From Klebsormidium nitens (lineage: Eukaryota; Plantae; Klebsormidiophyceae): a stretch of 64,000 nucleotides of DNA. Made by a program: the position numbers and the translations under genes. Under the pieces are notes generated by a model. The model saw only the letters and a program-made list of their open reading frames with translations. It was not told where the DNA came from and did no database searches. Below, piece by piece: positions 50,510 through 62,939 of this stretch (positions are counted from its first letter, which is position 1; each line of letters opens with the position of its first letter). The stretch spans positions 40,841-104,840 of the forward strand of contig DF237264.1 of the NCBI GenBank assembly GCA_000708835.1, read 5' to 3'.

Positions 50510-52806
50510 ACAGGTATTTATGGGACAGTATCGGTCGGATACGCTATTGTCTAGCTAAGTAAATATACGAATGATCGAGATCAGGATTGGCAGGCCGGAC
50601 GTGCATCAAATCAGCCAATGGCGCACAGTGGAAAGGGGTGCGAAACGCCGGTGATGACCTGTGCTCTGGAGCAGGTTCTTTGAAAGTAGCGCGCGCTGGT
50701 AGAACAAGTATTGATTGGTGGCATATAGCTAGTCGAAGTTCCTATAGGAAGGCTGCGAGGTTCGTCAAAGTAGCTAGGAAAAATGTTGGTACGTTGAACC
50801 GAAACCCTGATAAAGATAGCAGACACGCCTGTTCCAAGTCCTTTTAATTAGACTCATGGCACTTGTTATTTGCCGGAAGAATCTCACATAAGCCCGCGCT
50901 CTTTAAGGTTCTTTATGACAATGGGATAAACGTGACGATCGACGGTTCCGCATGCGTCTCTTCTCGTTTCCATTGGCCCCAGCCAAAATTAGATCATGAT
51001 CTACTAAGTTATTTTAATATGTTATGCCGGCCGGTATATATTGCCAGGACCGGACGACAATAATGCCGGGATGTCGTATAGTGGGCTGTCTCTAAGTTCT
51101 GGCCGGTACTTAGCTTCCTCTGAATCCGCTTACTGGAATTTGAGCCAGAATTACCGCCCACCTCGTTTGGCAACGTCGAGTCTCCTGCTGTTTCAGTCTC
51201 CGGCCTCAAGTGATTAAGTGCATGCCCCGTCATGGTGAGGAAAGGTAGAATTCAAAAGAACAGAAAAAAGGCTTCACAATCCTTAAACATACAACGTTTG
51301 AGTTTGGTATGCTGCTTGCCGACAGCCGGATCGCTTGGATCGTTCCGCCATATCGTAGACGTTTTAGGGAAAACGAAAGGACTCCTTGGTCAGCCCGTCG
51401 GGTTTGATCCGCCTAGTACGTCAAATCTGACAAACAATTTAATCCAGTTACCGCGAGTGTATATACCAAATTGCACTGGCGAACTAAATGAAAGGTCACT
51501 CTCTTAGTTTTGCGATCGAGTATATCAGGGTCGAGCCCACGTCACCCCAAATCCGTACTATCTATATAGACTTTGTCACAGACGATTGATGAATGCTGAA
51601 AGCGGCTAGCTCGAGGGTAAAGGAATCCATATTTCCGCAGCTACCTCTCGGCTTCTGATAAACACTCCAAGCATAAACCGGACCGCAATCATGATGGTGT
51701 CTAATTCTGTGTCCAAACCTATTTGTTCTTGTTGCTTTCAACTTGACCTGCGTCCGCTCGACTGTGCTGCATGCTCATGGCAATCATTCAATCAGGCAAA
51801 CTTGCGCTTGGAGCTGAGCATTACGATGCAGGCATCGAGGCGGCACTGGGTACAAGACTGAATGATACGCTGGAGTGTCCTAGCAAACGATACGGCTCAG
51901 TTCCAGAGGCTGTAAACAAGCTTCAAGCAAGGATGCGTTACCATATCCTCCATGTAGGAATCAAGTTAGCTGAAGGCCCGAGCTCCGACGGAACTCGTTC
52001 CGACTATAACGCATCCGCGCACGATGGCCGAGCCAACTTGCGCGGTATCGGACGGTCGGAAACTCTGCACGGTGTCTCACGATGGCTCCGCTAATGATCG
52101 TTCGATCTGGTCGCGACACCTATTCGACAGCTCGTTGATGTGACCAAGAAATTTCATGTAGGGTCACGGTGTCGCACCCTCTAGTTCGACACCGTTTCGG
52201 GAGCTGCCTGTGGAGATATTTACTAGTTTGTTTTAGCGGAAGCCCTACGTTCAGTTTGATTAGAGCTAGGATAACAATCCTATGTCCCAGCGTCTGGCAT
52301 CTGGTATATCTCTAGCCCCTGCAAAACTTCACAATTTTGGCTGCCCAAAACGCGCGTGCAGCGAGCTCATACCGGCCCGGGTGATTGCCAGTGTCAGAGG
52401 TGACATTTATCCTATCTCTGATAGCGTCGCGTGCTGATGCTCCGAGACGTCGACAGCAGTGGAGGTACCGGTCCACGATCAACATCTACCAGACTCAAAT
52501 CGACTGCGCGCTAAAACTTTCTAAACGCTTTTTGTATGTACGAACCAGCAAGCGCGCCTGACTTGCTCTTGTTTCCGGGGAGGGCAGCTTCGAATTCCTT
52601 GATGTGATCAGTCGGTGAAGCCCTTTCCATTTTCTTCTTCATCTTGACCAAAATCTCCAAAGTCGCTGGCAGCGCTTCCTGAATTTCTCCCCACCTTCTC
52701 TTCTCATGTAGCTTCGTCTTTGGCATCTTCCCTCCAAACTTCGTCACATAACCTTTCTTTCCTTCCCCTTCTTCACTTTATCCATTTTTCTCCGCCTGGT
52801 AATCCA

Positions 52807-55800
52807 ATGGGAACGGTCGGGACTCAAGCTGATCCCCTTTACCCACCCTCTCCCTACACCTCTTCTCTTCCTCCAAGCCCCGAGCCGGAAGGCCCCAACT
52901 TCTTCGAGAAGGTATGGCGTTACCGTGGCAAGATCGCGCTCGCGGCCGCGGTGGGCGGCTTCGCGTGCTTCGCATATTACCGGTACCACGTGTGCCCGCC
53001 CAGTCAGTACCTGGTCAAGACGGGGCTGGGGATCAAGGATATGGCGGTGGCGCGCAAGACTCTGCAACTTCCGTTCCAGGAGGTAAGGAAGTAACAACTT
53101 AATTTCGTCGTTTGGGCCCGCTGTCCATTTGTTTGCTAGTGGTTGAGATTCTAAGCATAGACGTTTGGGCACTCCCCGTCAATGCTTCCTGTAGACGAGG
53201 CTGGGGTCAAGGATATCATGGCGGTGGCGCGCAGACTTTTGCAGTCGCCGTTCTAGGAGGTAAACGACACAAGAACTTTATCTTTTTGCTTTTGGACCGT
53301 TGTTTCTTCGGCCCAAAGCTAGTGCATAGATATGGAGAGGTCCTTCAAATAAATGAACCTCAACAAGATCTGGTGAAGGCCCGTTTGAGGATCGAATACA
53401 TGGCGGTGGCCGGGCACGTCAGACTTGCAGTTCACGTTCCGAATCGTAAAGAACCCGGGGTTCTTTCTTTGCCTCTCTAATGTCACCTCCATTCCTATCA
53501 CTAACAAACAGCCCAGATCTGGAAGGATCGTAACAGAACTGATTATTATCTTCACGGAAGACGGGATCAATATGATGCATAATTCGTCCGGTTGCTCGCT
53601 TTCGACTCTGTCCAGGTACGCACGTTCAACATGGCCCCGTTAAACTACACGTTCCATCTTCATAACATGTCATCCGAGATGGTGCCTTTCCACTGCCTGG
53701 TAAGTTTTTAACCTCATTCACAAGCTGTTTATATTACCCTTCTGTTTTCACCTTCTATGTTTCGAAGGAATACATTGCAGCATGCTTATCCGCCGCGTAA
53801 CATCTTGGCGGCGAGCCAGGAGAAGCTGAGACTTGTCCGCTGGTCACATCCAACTTCTTATAGTGCACTTTTGATCTTGTTTATATCATTTTATAGTCTC
53901 CTTTACGCTTTCTTTGCAAGCTTTCCCTCATACTGGACATGACCACCTGTGTAGGCAAAAATAGATCCTTGCGTGCTACTGTAAGCCCCAGTGGAATCGT
54001 ATAAACAGAGGAAGAAATCCTCACGTAACGACTTTCCCGCTTCTGATATCACCTACTCCCTGAACGCGTCCAGTCAGCCCAAGAGAAAGTTGCAAGTGTG
54101 GAAAGGCATTTGAACTGAGTAATTCCGTTTGTGCTTTTCGAGCATCACACTTGTTTCAAGACTGAAGGCAAAACAATAAGCGTTCCAAGTTCGCAGTGAG
54201 CTTCACGATCGGCCCCAAAGACCCCCCGCCGAGGACCTGTATCACTCCCTTATGCCCGACTGTCCACCCGCCAGTGTACTTAGACAGGTCAATTGGCCAG
54301 TGTGCGTTTCTCAAATAACGACACTAATAACCAAGATAATTCGGATTGATCCGTTTGCAGTGAGCTTCACGATCGGGCCCAAGGACCCCGCCGAGGACCT
54401 GGCCGCTTTCAAGACGTACGCCACCAAGATGGGCGACCTGGACCCCGCCAAAGTGGAGGCCACGATTGGAGGCGTCATCCATGGTGAGGCGCCCAATTGG
54501 CACACTATTGATTCCACGTAGATTAACGACAAGGACGAATCTGTGATCCGAATGTTATGAGAAGTGGGACACGTAGTTGAGAAGAAAACAGGACGGCCGC
54601 GATAAGTGTTGAAGGCTCAGGTGAGAAGGAGAGGGGTGGAAGCAAAATTGCCACATACTACCTGGACGTAGTGATACATGTTCCATGTACTAGATATTCC
54701 TTCTGGCTTCGATCGCTATTGTCACACTATCAGGCGAATACGCGTTTACGGCTCCTTGCGTACTTTCCTTCGAGCTTTTCAAGGACGCGTTTGATCGAGG
54801 AGTCAGAATTGCCGGGCACGCGCGGGGGGCGCGAATGGACCTCAAAGGTGTCCAAGCGCAAATGGGCGACGCGAAGTTGTTTGCCCCTTGTTCCGATGCT
54901 CTACTGATTCATTGTGTTTCTTGCAGGCGAGACGCGCGTGTTCTCAGCCGGCCTGACCATCCGCGAGATGTTCGAGGACCGAGAGAAGTTTAAGCGGACC
55001 GTGTCAGACAAGATTCAGCAGGACATGAATGCAGTAAGCCCATAAGCGGACAATGATTTTATCTTAGTTAACCTCCTCTCGTCTTCAAATCCCCCTACTG
55101 ATTGAAAGGATTCTGTTATCTGCCTTGTGTGCAATGGAACACGGTTGCTTCGAAGGCCGCAAGAAACGCTAGACTACTGTAATGTTGGTAGAAATGATTT
55201 TAGTAAGGAAGTAGACAATCGATCAGATGCCTTGAGAACATTGAGTGTTTTCTGAGACTAGGGAAGACTCTTTTGAGCTGCACTCGTCATTTTCTTCGCA
55301 GTACGGGCTGAAAATCTACAACGCCAACATTGCGGAGATGGCGGACCAGGACGAGAAGACGCGCTACTTCCAGAACCTGCGCCAGAAGGCGCTCGAGGGG
55401 GCCAACACCGAGATGCGGATCCAGGTCGGCCTTGGAACAATGCTGTGTTCTTGTTCATCTCACATTCCTTGAGCGTGTTTTCTGCTTTTAATGTCTTGTG
55501 TCATCAAGAGATGACGATCAGAGCGACTGCTCTCTTTGCTTTCGTTACGGCCCCGCCTACGGCATGTTCATCCCAAAAGATAAGGAACGGCATCCGAAGT
55601 GCACCGAAAGCTTGAAGGCGCGCAAGGGACTTATCGTATCCTTAGTATCAAACCGCGGTTCCTCCCATGAGCGTTATAGACGTTGCTTCCAATGAAGGCT
55701 GCAAGACCAACCTAACTCTAAGAGTATGATTCGACAGCCCTACCTAGTTCTGGAAGAAGAGAGTGGAAATCATGAGAGTCCTTTGGCGGGAATGAGAAGC

Positions 55801-57407
55801 TTTCTGGAAGCTATCTGGTCCCGCGGCAACCGCTCCGGCGCGCCCCAAGTTTTGTTCCTATGCTGGGCAGCCCCGCCAGAATAAATGGCCAAAGCAGACA
55901 GTATGACTTCAACAAGAAACCCAGTTTCTAACCTTTCCGCTTTCCGACGTCAGGTGGCCGAGGCGCGCATGCAGGGCGACATCGGCGAGCGCGAGCGCCA
56001 GTCGCGCGCCGCGCAGGAGGTCGCGCACATCAAGGCGACGATCGTGGAGAAGCAGAACGAGAACGCGCAGCGCGTCGCGCACTCGGAGAAGGAGCTCGCG
56101 GTGGTGCGCGCGGAGTGTGAACGCGCGCGCCTGCTGACGGAGATCGACGTCAGCATGGCGACGGACAAGCGGAAGGCGGAGCTGGAGACGGAGGTGGACC
56201 GCGCGCGCACCGCGCAGCAGGTGGCGTACCTCCAGGCGACGCAGGTAAGGAGACCTAGGGCATGATGACGTAAAGACCTTAAGACTTGCGCGCTCCGTTT
56301 CTCGTGGCCGCTACGCAGGTACCGCGCGGGATTTTGTAGCGACATCAAGCTCCTCTGATCAAGCCAACGCAGGAGAGGGCGAGGAAAGAACTTGTTGACT
56401 TGTTTTTTTCTGCGTGCCTTCAGACTTCCACATGACGGCGGAAGCATACACTGTTGATCGAGCGGACAGTAGAATTATTTACAGATGCAACTGTTCCAGT
56501 AGGTGATGAGAAACGATTGGCTCAAACCTTTCCTGGTGGTGATTCTGGTGTTTTAAATCTCAGTCTGTTCTGTGGAGCTGCGGCGTTTTGCTGGCTCCAT
56601 GCGGTTTTCCATCGGCTCAGGCCTCAGGGTCAGCAGAGAGCTTCGGGGCGCCCCCGGGTGCAAACCTCGCGCGCACAAGGAACCGATTGCCAACATGAGA
56701 TCCACGTTACGAATATCAGTGCGTTGGCGAGTTGCTGGACAGTCGTCTCCCTGGCCTGTCAGCAAGCCCTTTCTCCTTCATTCTGGGAGTCGTTTACAAA
56801 CAAAACCTCGAGAGGATTTTCAGAAATTGAGAAGGCCCTCCGGAAGGACCATGCATAAGATTTTTCAAACTTCTTTTTGCAGGTGGCCAAGACCATCGCG
56901 GCCGCGGAGAGCGCCGTGAAGGAGGCGGAGGGCCAGGCGGAGGCCACGCGGCGGCTCGCGGACGCGCAGCTATACGCCGCGCGCGCGGCTGCGGACGGCG
57001 CGCTCGCGGCCTTCGAGGCGCAGGCGGACGGCCTGTCGCGGCTCCTGGCCGCGTCCGAGCAGCGTCCGGATCTGGCCAAGTTCCAGCTGTAGAGCGGTTT
57101 GTTCGAAAAGATGGCGACCACCACCGCGGACGCTGTGCGCGGGATGTCGCCCAAAATTCACATCTGGAACACCGGTCCCGGGGGGGGCGACGCGAGCGCT
57201 GATTTGACCCCCCTGCGGAACATCCTGTCTTCGCTGCCCCCTATGCTGGACGCGGTGGAGGGCCAGACCGACTTTCGGGCGCCTGAATGGCTGGCGGGAG
57301 TCAGGCCGGGGTCGCCCAAAACGGCGGCGACGGATATGGACGGGTCCGGCGGAGTGCCGCTCACGCCCTCAGTGGAATCCGCACCCAATTCAACCGTCCG
57401 TCTCTGA
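52807..57407 (+). CDS. FLOT: Flotillin-like (SPFH/band 7) protein with an N-terminal hydrophobic anchor. Exons 52807-53082, 53616-53699, 54361-54483, 54927-55033, 55302-55424, 55954-56244, 56883-57407; 1-nt phase conflict at the exon 2/3 join
   Basis: QYLVKTGLGIKD, P.NYTF.L.NMSSE, FTIGP, GVIH|GETRV, YGLKIYNANI, VAEARMQGDIG, an AEA-rich coil and MSPKIHIWNTG, all typical of the plant/fungal-type flotillin family. Confidence 0.9.
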
Positions 57408-60221
57408 AAAAGTAGAGCCGATCGAGACGTTGAGATTGGACGCATTGGGGAATTCAGAGGGTCACGTAACTTGCACGGCATGACCAATAGGTTGATTATT
57501 GGGCGATCATTAATGGACATTCTCGTTTCTAGAACGAATATATCGCTCCTGTAATCGAACCTCGCGCTCGATGGAGTCCGAGGCCTGGATAACAGTTGCT
57601 ATCAGAGGTGCCTGCATAGAATAGAACCCGAAACCTGAGCACTTTTTAAAATCTGAATATATTGGCAATTGGTGCAGGCGAGAAAACGAGCTGAATTGTG
57701 TTATAAGGGCTGCAAAAATATGTCAGACGAGAAGCACCGGTCGCTTTGCCGTCTATGAAAGACGGTTTTGCGCGCCTAGAAAGTCGGTTGTTCTGGCGGA
57801 CGAGTTCAACTTAGGGTCGTAAGCGGTGAAACAGCTTGCCCGACCAAGTTTTAGTCGAATGTTTTATGACGTACGTTTCGAATTTTCTTCTAGATCGTGC
57901 TGCACTCCGGCCGACATGGCGGCTTGTGCAGAAGCCAGCCCAGCCAAAAGCAAAGAACGAGGATGCCCATCTCTATTTCTGCAGCTAGGGATGATTTTGC
58001 TACAGGTTAAACGGGCATGGCATAAAGATTACGAATATCCACCGTAGTGCTGGCTAAAATGCGTGCCTTCTGAACGGTTGAATCAACTCAGTGTACTCAT
58101 TCTTTAGCATGACGGAACGACGTTGCTATTTTTGAACGGGAAATGCTGGATCGCAATGTACCACCAAGGCAGCTCGTTTGCAGGGTATATAAATAGGGTA
58201 TCGAGACTGCCTGTCGAGCTTTCTTGTGGGCCATGAAGGGTACTATATACTGGAGTAATATCTCGTACATTTGCGGCAAGCTCATGATTAGTCAGCGATG
58301 AAGAACTTTCAGAGGTCAGAAGGAGCTTGAACAACTTATAAAATGAAACTCCCAGGTCTCTGATCGTAAAGAAATAAAACTCCAATAGCAGCTTACATGC
58401 AAACTCTGAACTAGGTTGCGAAGCTATTCCGCTCATGGTAGTGTCCACCTCCTACATTCTGCCTATCAATCGATTTGGAACTTCCAAAACTATTGGCAGC
58501 GAAAAGGAACGTCCGGGATCAGCCGTTCTGATCCCCCTTTATTGATGACGTCAAGCGCTATATGAACTGCTGTGGTTTCAACGTAGTAGATACACGTGAC
58601 GTGCGCTCTTGATCCAGCGACTGATTTGATCTCCATCTGTTACCTTAGAAATCGCCTTGCTCGGAAACGTGCTAGGTATATGATGCAGACAGGTACGTCA
58701 TTAATACATCTAGGAGTTGCATGACATGCAGCTTGGTTTGGGTAGGTCAGTCACAGCAAGCACACAGTAACACAGAATCAGAACAACGTCAGGTCGTACG
58801 CATAGTGTTCACAAAGCAAAGACATTCATCAAAGCAAGCTGGTCGGCACGCAATGAAAGTAGAATAGCTGTGGGTCAAGCACTTGGTGGCCGCAAGGCAC
58901 ACGCAAGTGGATTCCTTCTAAAATCTCTTCTAGGAAAGGATGTTTAAAATCTTCTCGTCTCTTCTCTTTGTTCTTGTCTTTCTTTCTCATCTAGCCTATC
59001 GCGGGCAGTCTGCGACCAGAAGTCACGCTGGCAACCGACCCCGCATCTACTTTATCCTAAGTAGAAGAATCAAGTTGCTTCTCTGTGGTAATGTACCGGG
59101 TACTATGCTCGGATTCTACCGGAAGGCTACGAAGCTTCCGGGCACTTTCTACTGTTTCTAGAGACTTCCGGACTAACAGCCACGTGTCGCTCTCGGATTT
59201 GGCGGCCTCCATGTTGTGACGTCACCGACTTCAGCCACTTGGTTAACATCGATTCACACTTGACGGGGTTGTTGCCACCAATTATTGGTTCCGGTTCACA
59301 GGCCGGTTTACAAGTCGGCGCCGATCGGCGCTGGTTGGCGCGCATACGCGCGCGCAGCACACTGGGTATGTAGTGGGTCTTTGAGGACAGTAAGTTTTTG
59401 AGCTAACACATCGTTCGAAGCCGTAATTCCACACAAGATGTCGCTAAGCACACTCTTTGATGGTAAAGCTGAAAATCTTTCATAAAGTTTACGGCTCTAA
59501 AAGTCTGTCTTCAAAACTGTTTGCTTCGAGTTTATGTGCTTTTGAGTCTCTGCCTTGTTTGAGGCCCAGTACCGCCGCCCTGCTGAAAGGGCCATTATGC
59601 ATCCTGCTTTGAAACAGACACGGGCGACGTTCATGATGACTTTGGGACCGAGGAGCATGTTTCGTAGTCTCAATATCAGTAGCGCGTGACGCGACGCGCT
59701 ACTGACACGTAGATATGCTGATGCCGTTGGCATTTAAAACGCTGACGGCCCGCAGCGCCCCGGATCACTGGACCCGGAAAGGGCGGCTAGTATGGAGGAT
59801 TAGATTCAGAATCCCGCATCTGAAATTTCTGTTCGCAGAATTGGAAAGCCACAGGTGCCATCTCCGCCGGGCGCAACTCATATAATCTGAGCCCTGAGCG
59901 TTATATCGGACGGCTCGATCCGATCGACTATCTGACTTCTGCCGGACACTCCGGACAGTTTTGGATAGGCAAGCCAGGGAATACATTACCGGCAGAGTGC
60001 ACCCCCCTACGCTATCGCTTCATGAGATCCGGAAAAGTCCTGAGATTGGAAATCTGAGATCAATTTCTGGATCCTATTCTACATACCCGCCCTCTCCGGC
60101 CGCGCCGGTGCTGCAGGGCACCGTGCCGGCCGACTATTCGGTAGCCGGCAGAAAATGCAGGCAATAAATTAAGTGGGCTCAGCCAGCCGCTATTATATAT
60201 GCCAAGTACTGACTACCGAGC

Positions 60222-60694
60222 GGGGGGCCGGGGCGCCGGCGGCTGGCCGGCAAGGACGAAACTCGATCCGTGGGAAACTCTGGGTATGGATGGCGTAGCC
60301 AGAATGCAATGATTAACATGAAGACAGACATGTGAAGATTGCGTCTGAGGAGTGAGCGAGGACTCGTCCTCGCTTCTAAGCACATGCCCGACCAGCCAAG
60401 TATATGAAGACCTTTTGCATGACGAATCAGTGCAATGGATGTTTTAATCAATGAAGCCACTTCAGTATTACCCCAAGTATGAATCAGTCGGTGCAAAAGT
60501 GGAACTTGTCTACCGGTCTTATATACATCTACAGTCAGCTTGTCTGCGACAAACAAGCCACCTGAAACTGTTTGTCTTGGAATTTTTGCCTACGCAAAAT
60601 ATCTCTGAATCCTTCAATTAAAAGCTGCTTTCTCAACGAAGCACAGCCTGACAGCCAGCCCCCCGGCGCCCCGGGCCCCCGGCCCTGGCCCCCC
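60222..60694. repeat. Degenerate GC-rich inverted repeat pair, possible MITE relic
   Basis: GGGGGGCCGGGGCGCCGGCGGCTGGC (60222-60247) matches the reverse complement of GCCAGCCCCCCGGCGCCCCGGGCCCCC (~60654-60680). No TSD was found. Confidence 0.35.
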
Positions 60695-62437
60695 TTTCTG
60701 TTTTCGAACTTCATTAATATATTGCCAGACTTGGAATTCTCGTATCACTCTCAGATCAGGGCGCTTTCAGCCCCGTTAACAGAAAGAGGAAGAGAAGTAC
60801 CAGAAGAGCTCCTAAGGAGTACTGAATCACAGTGAGTCCGTTCTGCACTCCAGTTCGATACATATCGTTGGCATCTGAATCTTCCTACGGGCTTCCTACA
60901 GAGTGAGTATCGTCGGTCCGGCCCGTGAGCCAATTGGATCGGACGTGACTTGGAGGATCTGACGCCTTGTCCTTATCTTGAAAATGAACAGTGAGATCAT
61001 CAAAATCCGTTTGACTTGACAGACGACTTAGCTCCTTTTTTGGATTTGATATATGTGCACTCATTGATCGTCGCAAGCTGTGATGAATCCGTTGAGATTG
61101 ATCCTCGTCGTCGGACAAGCCTGCAGTATTCTGACTTGATTCTGAAGTTCCGTTCTGTCCGTCTCATTCTGTGAGCCTGGTTGTCTCAGGATTGGATGGA
61201 TCTGGGCTTTAACCTGAGGTTGATCAGCTGTTCATCAGTTTAATTAAGGATTTGCACGGCCTGCTTGTCTGACTAAGGCTGTCTTGATCGCCGCGCGGAT
61301 GGTTATACCGCCTGTTTCAGTCCGCTGCTTATGAACGGAACTTAACCTGACGAGCGGAATCGCCTGTCAGATTCCGTTCACTTCAACATACCTGGGAAGT
61401 TGGGCCAGGGATCTCGGGAGTCGGGGGGCAAGATGAGTCGAGTCAACGATCTAGTCATTCTTGCCGTACCGGTACGTACCTTATAAATCCGTGCGCAGTG
61501 GCGCCGTCGCCGATGACAACATAGTATAGGTACCCTGTCCACTGTCGACATCTATGAAGATGACAACATATCACACGTCATGCTTCGGGTTCCAACGTCC
61601 TGGCCCCGGGCCCCGGGGGCCGGCCGTCGGTCCCCGGCGCGGTTGCCTGCAACCGGGCGAGCTCGACCCTGTGCAGTGTGAAACAATCTGTCAACATGCA
61701 TGACGGCGAGCTACGAGCTCGCGCCAACTGGCAGTCACAGCGTAGCTGCGCCGTAGCATCAAGATCAGGAACGGAAGTCCGGATTCCGGGTCTCATACGG
61801 ATATCGTACGGTACCTAGAACCTAGGTACGGTATTGGCCACGCCGTATAGCCTCTAGCCCGAGGACTCGCCGGCGAGGAGCGGAGCCTGCACCTGCAGCC
61901 TACGGTATGATGTCAGCCTGACAGCTGTGACAGCCACGTACCGGATTGTTGGATTTATTTCTGTCAGACGAGCGGGTGACGAGCTGTGGAGCTGTACGTA
62001 TTTAGATTCCAGAGTCAGTGGAGATTTAGGACGAGGAAAGTGTAAGATGGCGCGCGTTACTTACTAGGTATGTGGATTGTAGGCTTAATAGCTACTTTCT
62101 GTAGCTTTACCAGCTACAATTGCACTAGCTGACAACCGACCTTGATGCCTTCCTTTTCTCAAGCACATGCCATGATGATGTGTCAAAGATTCAAAGATTA
62201 GCTGTTTGTTTGATCAAGAGTCCAGACACCAAATCCACCGCCTGATCAAGTGGCGTGCCTCCCACAGGAATCGCGCGCGTCCCTTGTCGTGGGCATTGCG
62301 CTTCAAAAGGATCGACACCAATTCGTGTTGTGACTCGTGAGTGAAAGCGGAGTATCTATAGCGGAAGCCTGGCCGTTTTCACATCATCAATCAGCACTTT
62401 TGAGCACATTCATTAGTCCCATAATCTAACTTCTAAG

Positions 62438-62939
62438 CAATTGCCGAGCTCCCTGGTAAGCCACCGACCAGCAGCAGCTCAGCCCGCATTCGACAACAAT
62501 GGTGGGAGTTTCCGCCAGTTCTTCACGGACCTTTCTCATCCCCCTAACAGCCCTTCTCGTGATCTCCATCATTTTTCTACCGCGGTGATTGCACGGGCTA
62601 TCCCTAGTGCTGCGGGAGGCAATCTGGACCCGCCACAAGCTCATCAGCTGGGAAAGCGCGCTCTGCTCGCGAGCGGGCTGCCAGAGGCGGTTTCCTCGCT
62701 CTCCTTGACCAAGATCGAGCGCGGCCCTGATCCATCAATATCAGTATCGGCCCGGTCATTTAACCCCGAGAGCAGCGCCGGTGGCGAGAACATTGCGGTG
62801 CTAGTCGCGTCCCCGGTTTCTACGGCCACGTCTTCCGTTCCCCCAGTGACCGGAGGATACCAGTGCGGCCTCGCGCTTTTCACCGCTTCAATTGGAGTGG
62901 GCACGCCACCTCAGGCGCAGACCGTGATTATTGACTCAG
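62438..62939 (+). CDS. Exon of a pepsin-like (A1) aspartic protease, containing the first catalytic Asp; the rest of the gene was not located
   Basis: LFTASIGVGTPPQAQTVIIDSG is followed by G|GTAGGT. The likely acceptor is CTAACTTCTAAG| at 62437. No upstream signal-peptide exon or next exon could be placed, so it may be a pseudogene fragment. Confidence 0.65.

Noticed and set aside
50587-52747. Short ORFs (50863-51063, 51771-52094, 52511-52747) and a small hairpin near 52110-52170
   Set aside because: No recognisable homology or splice support, and the hairpin is too short to distinguish from chance.
57500-62000. Hidden gene or autonomous transposon in the long intergenic region
   Set aside because: Only short ORFs with no motif. 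There are scattered GC-rich inverted and direct repeats, but no defensible element boundaries apart from the low-confidence pair at 60222-60694.
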